A stretch of DNA of 64,000 nt, from the NCBI GenBank assembly GCA_964016885.1, contig OZ024741.1:408704001-408768000 (forward strand), in the 5' to 3' direction. The stretch comes from Eledone cirrhosa (Eukaryota). Shown piece by piece: positions 24,101-39,100 of this stretch. Position 1 is the first letter of the stretch. Each line of letters begins with the position of its first letter. The notes beneath the pieces were generated by a model. The model searched no databases. It was not told the origin of the DNA and saw only the letters and a list, made by a program, of their open reading frames with translations. Made by a program: the position numbers and the translations under genes.

Positions 24101-27100
24101 CTGTACCTATTTTAAAAGGAAGACTGTGTACCTATTTTAAAAGGAAGACTGTACCTATTTTAAAAGGGAGACTGTGTACCTATTTTAAAAGGAAGAATGT
24201 ACCTATTTTAAAAGGAAGACTGTACCTATTTTAAAAGGATGACTGTACCTATTTTAAAAGGAAGACTGTGTACCTATTTTAAAAGGAAGCCTGTGTACCT
24301 ATTTTAAAAGGAAGACAGTGTACCTATTTTAAAATGAAGACTGTACCTGTTTTAAAAGGGAGATGGTACCTATTTTAAAAGGAAGAGTGTGTACCTATTT
24401 TAAAAGGAAGACTGTACCTATTTTAAAAGGAAGCCTGTGTACCTATTTTAAAAGGAAGATTGTACCTATTTTAAAAGGAAGATGTGAACCTATTTTAAAA
24501 CGGAGACTGTACCTATTTTAAAAGGGAGACTGTACCTATTTTAAAAGGGAGACTGTGTACCTATTTTAAAAGGAAGACGGTGTACCTATTTTAAAAGGAA
24601 GACTGTACCTATTTTAAAAAAGAGACTGTACCTATTTTAAAAGGGAGACTGTGTACCTATTTTAAAAGGAAGACCGTGTACCTATTTTAAAAGGGAGACT
24701 GTACCTATTTTAAAAGGAAGACTGTACCTATTTTAAAAGGAAGACTGTGTACCTATTTTAAAAGGGAGACTGTACCTATTTTAAAAAGAACACTGTACCT
24801 ATTTTAAAAGGAAGATTGTGTACCTATTTTAAAAGGAAGACTGTACCTATTTTAAAAGGAAGACTGTGTACCTATTTTAAAAGGGAGATTATTACCTATT
24901 TTAAAAGGAAGACTGTACCTATATTAAAAGGAAGACTGTGTACCTATTTTAAAAGGAAGATTGTGTACCCATTTTAAAAGGAAGACTGTGTACCTATTTT
25001 AAAAGGAAGACTGTACCTATTTTAAAAGTAAGACTGTGTATCTATTTTAAAAGGGAGATTATTACCTATTTTAAAAGGAAGACTGTACCTATTTTAAAAG
25101 GAAGACTGTGTACCTATTTTAAAAGGAAGATTGTACCTATTTTAAAAGGACGACTGTACCTATTTTAAAAGGGAGACTGTGTACCTATTTTAAAAGGAAG
25201 ACTGTACCTATTTTAAAAGGGAGACTGTGTACCTATTTTAAAAGGAAGAATGTACCTATTTTAAAAGGGAGACTGTGTACCTATTTTAAAAGGAAGACTG
25301 TGTACCTATTTTAAAAGGAAGACTGTACCTATTTTAAAAGGGAGACTGTACCTATTTTAAAAGGAAGAGTGTGTACCTATTTTAAAAGGAAGACTGTACC
25401 TATTTTAAAAGGAAGCCTGTGTACCTATTTTAAAAGGAAGACTGTACCTATTTTAAAAGGAAGCCTGTGTACCTATTTTAAAAGGAAGATCGTACCTATT
25501 TTAAAAGGAAGACTGTGTACCTATTTTAAAACTGAGACTGTACCTATTTTAAAAGGGAGACTGTATCAATTTTAAAAGGAAGACTATGTACCTATTTTAA
25601 AAGGGAGACTGTGTACTTATTTTAAAAGGAAGACTGTGTACCTATTTTAAGAGGAAGACTGTACCTATTTTAAAAGGGAGACTGTGTACCTATTTTAAAA
25701 GGAAGACTGTACCTATTTTAACAGGGAGACTGTGTACTTATTTTAAAAGGGAGACTGTGTACCTATTTTAAAAGGAAGATTGTACCTATTTTAAAAGGGA
25801 GACTGTGTACCTATTTTAAAAGGAAGACTGTACCTATTTTAATAGAAAGACTGTACCTATTTTAAAAGGAAGATTATGTACCCATATTTAAAAGGGAAAC
25901 TGTGTGCCTATTTTAAAAGGGAGACTGTGTACCTATTTTAAAAGGGAGACTGTACCTATTTTAAAAAGAACACTGTACCTATTTTAAAAGGAAGATTGTG
26001 TACCTATTTTAAAAGGAAGACAGTGTACCTATTTTAAAATGAAGACTGTACCTATTTTAAAAGGGAGATGGTACCTATTTTAAAAGGAAGAGTGTGTACC
26101 TATTTTAAAAGGAAGACTGTACCTATTTTAAAAGGAAGCCTGTGTACCTATTTTAAAAGGAAGATTGTACCTATTTTAAAAGGAAGATGTGAACCTATTT
26201 TAAAACGGAGACTGTACCTATTTTAAAAGGGAGACTGTACCTAATTTAAAAGGGAGACTGTGTACCTATTTTAAAAGGAAGACGGTGTACCTATTTTAAA
26301 AGGAAGACTGTACCTATTTTAAAAGGGAGACTGTACCTATTTTAAAAGGGAGACTGTGTACCTATTTTAAAAGGAAGACCGTGTACCTATTTTAAAAGGG
26401 AGACTGTACCTATTTTAAAAGGAAGACTGTACCTATTTTAAAAGGAAGACTGTGTACCTATTTTAAAAGGGAGACTGTACCTATTTTAAAAAGAACACTG
26501 TACCTATTTTAAAAGGAAGATTGTGTACCTATTTTAAAAGGAAGACTGTACCTATTTTAAAAGGAAGACTGTGTACCTATTTTAAAAGGGAGATTATTAC
26601 CTATTTTAAAAGGAAGACTGTACCTATATTAAAAGGAAGACTGTGTACCTATTTTAAAAGGAAGATTGTGTACCCATTTTAAAAGGAAGACTGTGTACCT
26701 ATTTTAAAAGGAAGACTGTACCTATTTTAAAAGTAAGACTGTGTACCTATTTTAAAAGGGAGATTATTACCTATTTTAAAAGGAAGACTGTACCTATTTT
26801 AAAAGGAAGACTGTGTACCTATTTTAAAAGGAAGATTGTACCTATTTTAAAAGGACGACTGTACCTATTTTAAAAGGGAGTCTGTGTACCTATTTTAAAA
26901 GGGAGATTATTACCTATTTTAAAAGGAAGACTGTACCTATATTAAAAGGAAGACTGTGTACCTATTTTAAAAGGAAGATTGTGTACCCATTTTAAAAGGA
27001 AGACTGTGTACCTATTTTAAAAGGAAGACTGTACCTATTTTAAAAGTAAGACTGTGTATCTATTTTAAAAGGGAGATTATTACCTATTTTAAAAGGAAGA

Positions 27101-30100
27101 CTGTACCTATTTTAAAAGGAAGACTGTGTACCTATTTTAAAAGGAAGATTGTACCTATTTTAAAAGGAAGACTGTACCTATTTTAAAAGGAAGACTGTGT
27201 ACCTATTTTAAAAGGGAGATTATTACCTATTTTAAAAGGAAGACTGTACCTATATTAAAAGGAAGACTGTGTACCTATTTTAAAAGGAAGATTGTGTACC
27301 CATTTTAAAAGGAAGACTGTGTACCTATTTTAAAAGGAAGACTGTACCTATTTTAAAAGTAAGACTGTGTACCTATTTTAAAAGGGAGATTATTACCTAT
27401 TTTAAAAGGAAGACTGTACCTATTTTAAAAGGAAGACTGTGTACCTATTTTAAAAGGAAGATTGTACCTATTTTAAAAGGACGACTGTACCTATTTTAAA
27501 AGGGAGACTGTGTACCTATTTTAAAAGGAAGACTGTACCTATTTTAAAAGGGAGACTGTGTACCTATTTTAAAAGGAAGAATGTACCTATTTTAAAAGGA
27601 AGACTGTACCTATTTTAAAAGGAAGACTGTGTACCTATTTTAAAAGGAAGACTGTACCTATTTTAAAAGGGAGACTGTACCTATTTTAAAAGGAAGAGTG
27701 TGTACCTATTTTAAAAGGAAGACTGTACCTATTTTAAAAGGAAGCCTGTGTACCTATTTTAAAAGGAAGATTGTACCTATTTTAAAAGGAAGATGTGAAC
27801 CTATTTTAAAACGGAGACTGTACCTATTTTAAAAGGGAGACTGTACCTATTTTAAAAGGAAGACTGTATATCTATTTTAAAAGGGAGACTGTGTACTTAT
27901 TTTAAAAGGAAGACTGTGTACCTATTTTAAGAGGAAAACTGTACCTATTTTAAAAGGGAGACTGTGTACCTATTTCAAAAGGAAGACTACCTATTTTAAA
28001 AGGGAAACTGTGTACCTATTTTAAAAAGGAGACTGTGTACCTATTTTAAAAGGAAGACTGTACCTATTTTAAAAGGGAGACTGTGTACCTATTTTAAAAG
28101 GAAGAATGTACCTATTTTAAAAGGAAGACTGTACCTATTTTAAAAGGAAGACTGTGTACCTATTTTAAAAGGAAGACTGTACCTATTTTAAAAGGGAGAC
28201 TGTACCTATTTTAAAAGGAAGACTGTGTACCTATTTTAAAAGGAAGATTGTACCTATTTTAAAAGGAAGACTGTACCTATTTTAAAAGGAAGACTGTGTA
28301 CCTATTTTAAAAGGAAGACTGTACCTATTTTAAAAGGGAGACTGTGTACCTATTTTAAAAGGAAGAATGTACCTATTTTAAAAGGAAGACTGTACCTATT
28401 TTAAAAGGATGACTGTACCTATTTTAAAAGGAAGACTGTGTACCTATTTTAAAAGGAAGCCTGTGTACCTATTTTAAAAGGAAGACAGTGTACCTATTTT
28501 AAAATGAAGACTGTACCTGTTTTAAAAGGGAGATGGTACCTATTTTAAAAGGAAGAGTGTGTACCTATTTTAAAAGGAAGACTGTACCTATTTTAAAAGG
28601 AAGCCTGTGTACCTATTTTAAAAGGAAGATTGTACCTATTTTAAAAGGAAGATGTGAACCTATTTTAAAACGGAGACTGTACCTATTTTAAAAGGGAGAC
28701 TGTACCTATTTTAAAAGGGAGACTGTGTACCTATTTTAAAAGGAAGACGGTGTACCTATTTTAAAAGGAAGACTGTACCTATTTTAAAAAAGAGACTGTA
28801 CCTATTTTAAAAGGGAGACTGTGTACCTATTTTAAAAGGAAGACCGTGTACCTATTTTAAAAGGGAGACTGTACCTATTTTAAAAGGAAGACTGTACCTA
28901 TTTTAAAAGGAAGACTGTGTACCTATTTTAAAAGGGAGACTGTACCTATTTTAAAAAGAACACTGTACCTATTTTAAAAGGAAGATTGTGTACCTATTTT
29001 AAAAGGAAGACTGTACCTATTTTAAAAGGAAGACTGTGTACCTATTTTAAAAGGGAGATTATTACCTATTTTAAAAGGAAGACTGTACCTATATTAAAAG
29101 GAAGACTGTGTACCTATTTTAAAAGGAAGATTGTGTACCCATTTTAAAAGGAAGACTGTGTACCTATTTTAAAAGGAAGACTGTACCTATTTTAAAAGTA
29201 AGACTGTGTATCTATTTTAAAAGGGAGATTATTACCTATTTTAAAAGGAAGACTGTACCTATTTTAAAAGGAAGACTGTGTACCTATTTTAAAAGGAAGA
29301 TTGTACCTATTTTAAAAGGACGACTGTACCTATTTTAAAAGGGAGACTGTGTACCTATTTTAAAAGGAAGACTGTACCTATTTTAAAAGGGAGACTGTGT
29401 ACCTATTTTAAAAGGAAGAATGTACCTATTTTAAAAGGGAGACTGTGTACCTATTTTAAAAGGAAGACTGTGTACCTATTTTAAAAGGAAGACTGTACCT
29501 ATTTTAAAAGGGAGACTGTACCTATTTTAAAAGGAAGAGTGTGTACCTATTTTAAAAGGAAGACTGTACCTATTTTAAAAGGAAGCCTGTGTACCTATTT
29601 TAAAAGGAAGACTGTACCTATTTTAAAAGGAAGCCTGTGTACCTATTTTAAAAGGAAGATCGTACCTATTTTAAAAGGAAGACTGTGTACCTATTTTAAA
29701 ACTGAGACTGTACCTATTTTAAAAGGGAGACTGTATCAATTTTAAAAGGAAGACTATGTACCTATTTTAAAAGGGAGACTGTGTACTTATTTTAAAAGGA
29801 AGACTGTGTACCTATTTTAAGAGGAAGACTGTACCTATTTTAAAAGGGAGACTGTGTACCTATTTTAAAAGGAAGACTGTACCTATTTTAACAGGGAGAC
29901 TGTGTACTTATTTTAAAAGGGAGACTGTGTACCTATTTTAAAAGGAAGATTGTACCTATTTTAAAAGGGAGACTGTGTACCTATTTTAAAAGGAAGACTG
30001 TACCTATTTTAATAGAAAGACTGTACCTATTTTAAAAGGAAGATTATGTACCCATATTTAAAAGGGAAACTGTGTGCCTATTTTAAAAGGGAGACTGTGT

Positions 30101-33100
30101 ACCTATTTTAAAAGGGAGACTGTACCTATTTTAAAAAGAACACTGTACCTATTTTAAAAGGAAGATTGTGTACATATTTTAAAAGGAAGACTGTGTACCT
30201 ATTTTAAAAGGAAGACTGTACCTATTTTAAAAGGAAGACTGTGTACCTATTTTAAAAGGGAGATTATTACCTATTTTAAAAGGAAGACTGTACCTATATT
30301 AAAAGAAAGACTGTGTACCTATTTTAAAAGGAAGATTGTGTACCCATTTTAAAAGGAAGACTGTGTACCTATTTTAAAAGGAAGACTGTACCTATTTTAA
30401 AAGTAAGACTGTGTACCTATTTTAAAAGGGAGATTATTACCTATTTTAAAAGGAAGACTGTACCTATTTTAAAAGGAAGACTGTGTACCTATTTTAAAAG
30501 GAAGATTGTACCTATTTTAAAAGGACGACTGTACCTATTTTAAAAGGGAGACTGTGTACCTATTTTAAAAGGAAGACTGTACCTATTTTAAAAGGGAGAC
30601 TGTGTACCTATTTTAAAAGGAAGAATGTACCTATTTTAAAAGGAAGACTGTACCTATTTTAAAAGGAAGACTGTGTACCTATTTTAAAAGGAAGACTGTA
30701 CCTATTTTAAAAGGGAGACTGTACCTATTTTAAAAGGAAGAGTGTGTACCTATTTTAAAAGGAAGACTGTACCTATTTTAAAAGGAAGCCTGTGTACCTA
30801 TTTTAAAAGGAAGATTGTACCTATTTTAAAAGGAAGATGTGAACCTATTTTAAAACGGAGACTGTACCTATTTTAAAAGGGAGACTGTACCTATTTTAAA
30901 AGGAAGACTGTGTATCTATTTTAAAAGGGAGACTGTGTACTTATTTTAAAAGGAAGACTGTGTACCTATTTTAAGAGGAAAACTGTACCTATTTTAAAAG
31001 GGAGACTGTGTACCTATTTCAAAAGGAAGACTACCTATTTTAAAAGGGAAACTGTGTACCTATTTTAAAAAGGAGACTGTGTACCTATTTTAAAAGGAAG
31101 ACTGTACCTATTTTAAAAGGGAGACTGTGTACCTATTTTAAAAGGAAGAATGTACCTATTTTAAAAGGAAGACTGTACCTATTTTAAAAGGAACACTGTG
31201 TACCTATTTTAAAAGGAAGACTGTACCTATTTTAAAAGGGAGACTGTACCTATTTTAAAAGGAAGACTGTGTACCTATTTTAAAAGGAAGATTGTACCTA
31301 TTTTAAAAGGAAGACTGTACCTATTTTAAAAGGAAGACTGTGTACCTATTTTAAAAGGAAGACTGTACCTATTTTAAAAGGGAGACTGTGTACCTATTTT
31401 AAAAGGAAGAATGTACCTATTTTAAAAGGAAGACTGTACCTATTTTAAAAGGATGACTGTACCTATTTTAAAAGGAAGACTGTGTACCTATTTTAAAAGG
31501 AAGCCTGTGTACCTATTTTAAAAGGAAGACAGTGTACCTATTTTAAAATGAAGACTGTACCTATTTTAAAAGGGAGATGGTACCTATTTTAAAAGGAAGA
31601 GTGTGTACCTATTTTAAAAGGAAGACTGTACCTATTTTAAAAGGAAGCCTGTGTACCTATTTTAAAAGGAAGATTGTACCTATTTTAAAAGGAAGATGTG
31701 AACCTATTTTAAAACGGAGACTGTACCTATTTTAAAAGGGAGACTGTACCTAATTTAAAAGGGAGACTGTGTACCTATTTTAAAAGGAAGACGGTGTACC
31801 TATTTTAAAAGGAAGACTGTACCTATTTTAAAAGGGAGACTGTACCTATTTTAAAAGGGAGACTGTGTACCTATTTTAAAAGGAAGACCGTGTACCTATT
31901 TTAAAAGGGAGACTGTACCTATTTTAAAAGGAAGACTGTACCTATTTTAAAAGGAAGACTGTGTACCTATTTTAAAAGGGAGACTGTACCTATTTTAAAA
32001 AGAACACTGTACCTATTTTAAAAGGAAGATTGTGTACCTATTTTAAAAGGAAGACTGTACCTATTTTAAAAGGAAGACTGTGTACCTATTTTAAAAGGGA
32101 GATTATTACCTATTTTAAAAGGAAGACTGTACCTATATTAAAAGGAAGACTGTGTACCTATTTTAAAAGGAAGATTGTGTACCCATTTTAAAAGGAAGAC
32201 TGTGTACCTATTTTAAAAGGAAGACTGTACCTATTTTAAAAGTAAGACTGTGTACCTATTTTAAAAGGGAGATTATTACCTATTTTAAAAGGAAGACTGT
32301 ACCTATTTTAAAAGGAAGACTGTGTACCTATTTTAAAAGGAAGATTGTACCTATTTTAAAAGGACGACTGTACCTATTTTAAAAGGGAGACTGTGTACCT
32401 ATTTTAAAAGGGAGATTATTACCTATTTTAAAAGGAAGACTGTACCTATATTAAAAGGAAGACTGTGTACCTATTTTAAAAGGAAGATTGTGTACCCATT
32501 TTAAAAGGAAGACTGTGTACCTATTTTAAAAGGAAGACTGTACCTATTTTAAAAGTAAGACTGTGTATCTATTTTAAAAGGGAGATTATTACCTATTTTA
32601 AAAGGAAGACTGTACCTATTTTAAAAGGAAGACTGTGTACCTATTTTAAAAGGGAGATTATTACCTATTTTAAAAGGAAGACTGTACCTATATTAAAAGG
32701 AAGACTGTGTACCTATTTTAAAAGGAAGATTATGTACCCATTTTAAAAGGAAGACTGTGTACCTATTTTAAAAGGAAGACTGTACCTATTTTAAAAGTAA
32801 GACTGTGTACCTATTTTAAAAGGGAGATTATTACCTATTTTAAAAGGAAGACTGTACCTATTTTAAAAGGAAGACTGTGTACCTATTTTAAAAGGAAGAT
32901 TGTACCTATTTTAAAAGGACGACTGTACCTATTTTAAAAGGGAGACTGTGTACCTATTTTAAAAGGAAGACTGTACCTATTTTAAAAGGGAGACTGTGTA
33001 CCTATTTTAAAAGGAAGAATGTACCTATTTTAAAAGGAAGACTGTACCTATTTTAAAAGGAAGACTGTGTACCTATTTTAAAAGGAAGACTGTACCTATT

Positions 33101-36100
33101 TTAAAAGGGAGACTGTACCTATTTTAAAAGGAAGAGTGTGTACCTATTTTAAAAGGAAGACTGTACCTATTTTAAAAGGAAGCCTGTGTACCTATTTTAA
33201 AAGGAAGATTGTACCTATTTTAAAAGGAAGATGTGAACCTATTTTAAAACGGAGACTGTACCTATTTTAAAAGGGAGACTGTACCTATTTTAAAAGGAAG
33301 ACTGTATATCTATTTTAAAAGGGAGACTGTGTACTTATTTTAAAAGGAAGACTGTGTACCTATTTTAAGAGGAAAACTGTACCTATTTTAAAAGGGAGAC
33401 TGTGTACCTATTTCAAAAGGAAGACTACCTATTTTAAAAGGGAAACTGTGTACCTATTTTAAAAAGGAGACTGTGTACCTATTTTAAAAGGAAGACTGTA
33501 CCTATTTTAAAAGGGAGACTGTGTACCTATTTTAAAAGGAAGAATGTACCTATTTTAAAAGGAAGACTGTACCTATTTTAAAAGGAAGACTGTGTACCTA
33601 TTTTAAAAGGAAGACTGTACCTATTTTAAAAGGGAGACTGTACCTATTTTAAAAGGAAGTCTGTGTACCTATTTTAAAAGGAAGATTGTACCTATTTTAA
33701 AAGGAAGACTGTACCTATTTTAAAAGGAAGACTGTGTACCTATTTTAAAAGGAAGACTGTACCTATTTTAAAAGGGAGACTGTGTACCTATTTTAAAAGG
33801 AAGAATGTACCTATTTTAAAAGGAAGACTGTACCTATTTTAAAAGGATGACTGTACCTATTTTAAAAGGAAGACTGTGTACCTATTTTAAAAGGAAGCCT
33901 GTGTACCTATTTTAAAAGGAAGACAGTGTACCTATTTTAAAATGAAGACTGTACCTATTTTAAAAGGGAGATGGTACCTATTTTAAAAGGAAGAGTGTGT
34001 ACCTATTTTAAAAGGAAGACTGTACCTATTTTAAAAGGAAGCCTGTGTACCTATTTTAAAAGGAAGATTGTACCTATTTTAAAAGGAAGATGTGAACCTA
34101 TTTTAAAACGGAGACTGTACCTATTTTAAAAGGGAGACTGTACCTATTTTAAAAGGGAGACTGTGTACCTATTTTAAAAGGAAGACGGTGTACCTATTTT
34201 AAAAGGAAGACTGTACCTATTTTAAAAGGGAGACTGTACCTATTTTAAAAGGGAGACTGTGTACCTATTTTAAAAGGAAGACCGTGTACCTATTTTAAAA
34301 GGGAGACTGTACCTATTTTAAAAGGAAGACTGTACCTATTTTAAAAGGAAGACTGTGTACCTATTTTAAAAGGGAGACTGTACCTATTTTAAAAAGAACA
34401 CTGTACCTATTTTAAAAGGAAGATTGTGTACCTATTTTAAAAGGAAGACTGTACCTATTTTAAAAGGAAGACTGTGTACCTATTTTAAAAGGGAGATTAT
34501 TACCTATTTTAAAAGGAAGACTGTACCTATATTAAAAGGAAGACTGTGTACCTATTTTAAAAGGAAGATTGTGTACCCATTTTAAAAGGAAGACTGTGTA
34601 CCTATTTTAAAAGGAAGACTGTACCTATTTTAAAAGTAAGACTGTGTATCTATTTTAAAAGGGAGATTATTACCTATTTTAAAAGGAAGACTGTACCTAT
34701 TTTAAAAGGAAGACTGTGTACCTATTTTAAAAGGAAGATTGTACCTATTTTAAAAGGACGACTGTACCTATTTTAAAAGGGAGACTGTGTACCTATTTTA
34801 AAAGGAAGACTGTACCTATTTTAAAAGGGAGACTGTGTACCTATTTTAAAAGGAAGAATGTACCTATTTTAAAAGGGAGACTGTGTACCTATTTTAAAAG
34901 GAAGACTGTGTACCTATTTTAAAAGGAAGACTGTACCTATTTTAAAAGGGAGACTGTACCTATTTTAAAAGGAAGAGTGTGTACCTATTTTAAAAGGAAG
35001 ACTGTACCTATTTTAAAAGGAAGCCTGTGTACCTATTTTAAAAGGAAGACTGTACCTATTTTAAAAGGAAGCCTGTGTACCTATTTTAAAAGGAAGATCG
35101 TACCTATTTTAAAAGGAAGACTGTGTACCTATTTTAAAAGGAAGCCTGTGTACCTATTTTAAAAGGAAGACAGTGTACCTATTTTAAAATGAAGACTGTA
35201 CCTATTTTAAAAGGGAGATGGTACCTATTTTAAAAGGAAGAGTGTGTACCTATTTTAAAAGGAAGACTGTACCTATTTTAAAAGGAAGCCTGTGTACCTA
35301 TTTTAAAAGGAAGATTGTACCTATTTTAAAAGGAAGATGTGAACCTATTTTAAAACGGAGACTGTACCTATTTTAAAAGGGAGACTGTACCTATTTTAAA
35401 AGGGAGACTGTGTACCTATTTTAAAAGGAAGACGGTGTACCTATTTTAAAAGGAAGACTGTACCTATTTTAAAAGGGAGACTGTACCTATTTTAAAAGGG
35501 AGACTGTGTACCTATTTTAAAAGGAAGACCGTGTACCTATTTTAAAAGGGAGACTGTACCTATTTTAAAAGGAAGACTGTACCTATTTTCAAAGGAAGAC
35601 TGTGTACCTATTTTAAAAGGGAGACTGTACCTATTTTAAAAAGAACACTGTACCTATTTTAAAAGGAAGATTGTGTACCTATTTTAAAAGGAAGACTGTA
35701 CCTATTTTAAAAGGAAGACTGTGTACCTATTTTAAAAGGGAGATTATTACCTATTTTAAAAGGAAGACTGTACCTATATTAAAAGGAAGACTGTGTACCT
35801 ATTTTAAAAGGAAGATTGTGTACCCATTTTAAAAGGAAGACTGTGTACCTATTTTAAAAGGAAGACTGTACCTATTTTAAAAGTAAGACTGTGTATCTAT
35901 TTTAAAAGGGAGATTATTACCTATTTTAAAAGGAAGACTGTACCTATTTTAAAAGGAAGACTGTGTACCTATTTTAAAAGGAAGATTGTACCTATTTTAA
36001 AAGGACGACTGTACCTATTTTAAAAGGGAGACTGTGTACCTATTTTAAAAGGAAGACTGTACCTATTTTAAAAGGGAGACTGTGTACCTATTTTAAAAGG

Positions 36101-39100
36101 AAGAATGTACCTATTTTAAAGGGGAGACTGTGTACCTATTTTAAAAGGAAGACTGTGTACCTATTTTAAAAGGAAGACTGTACCTATTTTAAAAGGGAGA
36201 CTGTACCTATTTTAAAAGGAAGAGTGTGTACCTATTTTAAAAGGAAGACTGTACCTATTTTAAAAGGAAGCCTGTGTACCTATTTTAAAAGGAAGACTGT
36301 ACCTATTTTAAAAGGAAGCCTGTGTACCTATTTTAAAAGGAAGATCGTACCTATTTTAAAAGGAAGACTGTGTACCTATTTTAAAACTGAGACTGTACCT
36401 ATTTTAAAAGGGAGACTGTATCAATTTTAAAAGGAAGACTATGTACCTATTTTAAAAGGGAGACTGTGTACTTATTTTAAAAGGAAGACTGTGTACCTAT
36501 TTTAAGAGGAAGACTGTACCTATTTTAAAAGGGAGACTGTGTACCTATTTTAAAAGGAAGACTGTACCTATTTTAACAGGGAGACTGTGTACTTATTTTA
36601 AAAGGGAGACTGTGTACCTATTTTAAAAGGAAGATTGTACCTATTTTAAAAGGGAGACTGTGTACCTATTTTAAAAGGAAGACTGTACCTATTTTAATAG
36701 AAAGACTGTACCTATTTTAAAAGGAAGATTATGTACCCATATTTAAAAGGGAAACTGTGTGCCTATTTTAAAAGGGAGACTGTGTAGCTATTTTAAAAGG
36801 AAGACTGAACCTATTTTAAAAGGGAGATTGTGTACCTATTTTAAAAGGAAGACTATACCTATTTTAAAAGGAAGACTGTACCTATTTTAAAAGGGAGACT
36901 GTGTACCTATTTTAAAAGGAAGACTGTACCTATGTTAAAAGGGAGACTGTGTACCTATTTTAAAAGGAAGACTGTACCTATTTTAAAAGGGAGACAGTGT
37001 ACCTATTTTAAAAGGAAGACTGTACCTATTTTAAAAGGAAGACTGTACCTATTTTAAAAGGAAGACTACCTATTTTAAAAGGAAGACTGTGTACCTATTT
37101 TAAAAGGAAGACTGTACCTATTTTAAAAGGGAGACTGTACCTATTTTAAAAGGGAGACTGTGTACCTATTTTAAAAGGAAGACCGTGTACCTATTTTAAA
37201 AGGGAGACTGTACCTATTTTAAAAGGAAGACTGTGTACCTATTTTAAAAGGAAGACCGTGTACCTATTTTAAAAGGGAGACTGTACCTATTTTAAAAGGA
37301 AGACTGTACCTATTTTAAAAGGAAGACTGTGTACCTATTTTAAAAGGGAGACTGTACCTATTTTAAAAGGAACACTGTACCTATTTTAAAAGGAAGATTG
37401 TGTACCTATTTTAAAAGGAAGACTGTGTACCTATTTTAAAAGGAAGACTGTACCTATTTTAAAAGGAAGACTGTGTACCTATTGTAAAACGGAGACTGTA
37501 CCTATTTTAAAAGGAAGATTGTACCTATTTTAAAAGGAAACTGTGTACCTATTTTAAAAGGGAGACTGTGTACCTATTTTAAAAGGAAGACTGTACCTAT
37601 TTTAAAAGGGAGACTGTGTACCTATTTTAAAAGGAAGACAGTACCTATTTTAAAAGGGAGACTGTGTACCTATTTTAAAAGAAAGAATGTACCTATTTTA
37701 AAAGGAAGACTGTACCTATTTTAAAAGGAAGACTGTACCTATTTTAAAAAGAAGACTGTGTACCTATTTTAAAAGGGAGACTGTACCTATTTAAAAAGGA
37801 ACATTGTACCTATTTTAAAAGGAAGACTGTGTACCTATTTTAAAAGGAAGACTGTACCTATTTTAAAAGGGAGACTTACCTATTTTAAAAGGAAGACTGT
37901 ACCTATTTTAAAAGGATGACTGTACCTATTTTAAAAGGAAGACTGTGTACCTATTTTAAAAGGAAGCCTGTGTACCTATTTTAAAAGGAAGACAGTGTAC
38001 CTATTTTAAAAAGAAGACTGTACGTATTTTAAAAGGGAGACTGTACCTATTTTAAAAGGAAGAGTGTGTACCTATTTTAAAAGGAAGACTGTACCTATTT
38101 TAAAAGGAAGCCTGTGTACCTATTTTAAAAGGAAGATTGTACATATTTTAAAAGGAAGATGTGAACCTATTTTAAAACGGAGACTGTACCTATTTTAAAA
38201 GGGAGACTGTACCTATTTTAAAAGGAAGACTGTGTACCTATTTTAAAAGTAAGACCGTGTACCTATTTTAAAAGGGAGACTGTACCTATTTTAAAAGGAA
38301 GACTGTGTACCTATTTTAAAAGGGAGATTATTACCTATTTTAAAAGGAAGACTGTACCTATTTTAAAAGGAAGACTGTGTACCTATTTTAAAAGGAAGAT
38401 TGTACCTATTTTAAAAGGAAGACTGTACCTATTTTAAAAGGAAGACTGTGTACCTATTTTAAAAGGAAGACTGTACCTATTTTAAAAGGGAGACTGTGTA
38501 CCTATTTTAAAAGGAAGACAGTGTACCTATTTTAAAATGAAGACTGTACCTATTTTAAAAGGGAGATGGTACCTATTTTAAAAGGAAGAGTGTGTACCTA
38601 TTTTAAAAGGAAGACTGTACCTATTTTAAAAGGAAGCCTGTGTACCTATTTTAAAAGGAAGATTGTACCTATTTTAAAAGGAAGATGTGAACCTATTTTA
38701 AAACGGAGACTGTACCTATTTTAAAAGGGAGACTGTACCTATTTTAAAAGGGAGACTGTGTACCTATTTTAAAAGGAAGACGGTGTCCCTATTTTAAAAG
38801 GAAGACTGTACCTATTTTAAAAGGGAGACTGTACCTATTTTAAAAGGGAGACTGTGTACCTATTTTAAAAGGAAGACCGTGTACCTATTTTAAAAGGGAG
38901 ACTGTACCAATTTTAAAAGGAAGACTGTACCTATTTTAAAAGGAAGACTGTGTACCTATTTTAAAAGGGAGACTGTACCTATTTTAAAAAGAACACTGTA
39001 CCTATTTTAAAAGGAAGATTGTGTACATATTTTAAAAGGAAGACTGTGTACCTATTTTAAAAGGAAGACTGTACCTATTTTAAAAGGAAGACTGTGTACC

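Noticed and set aside
25369-36430. Four repeated 61-68 aa ORFs (MCTYFKRKTVPILKG...)
   Set aside because: These are chance stop-free frames through 23+25-bp satellite dimers with GTG starts; they are useful only as higher-order repeat markers.
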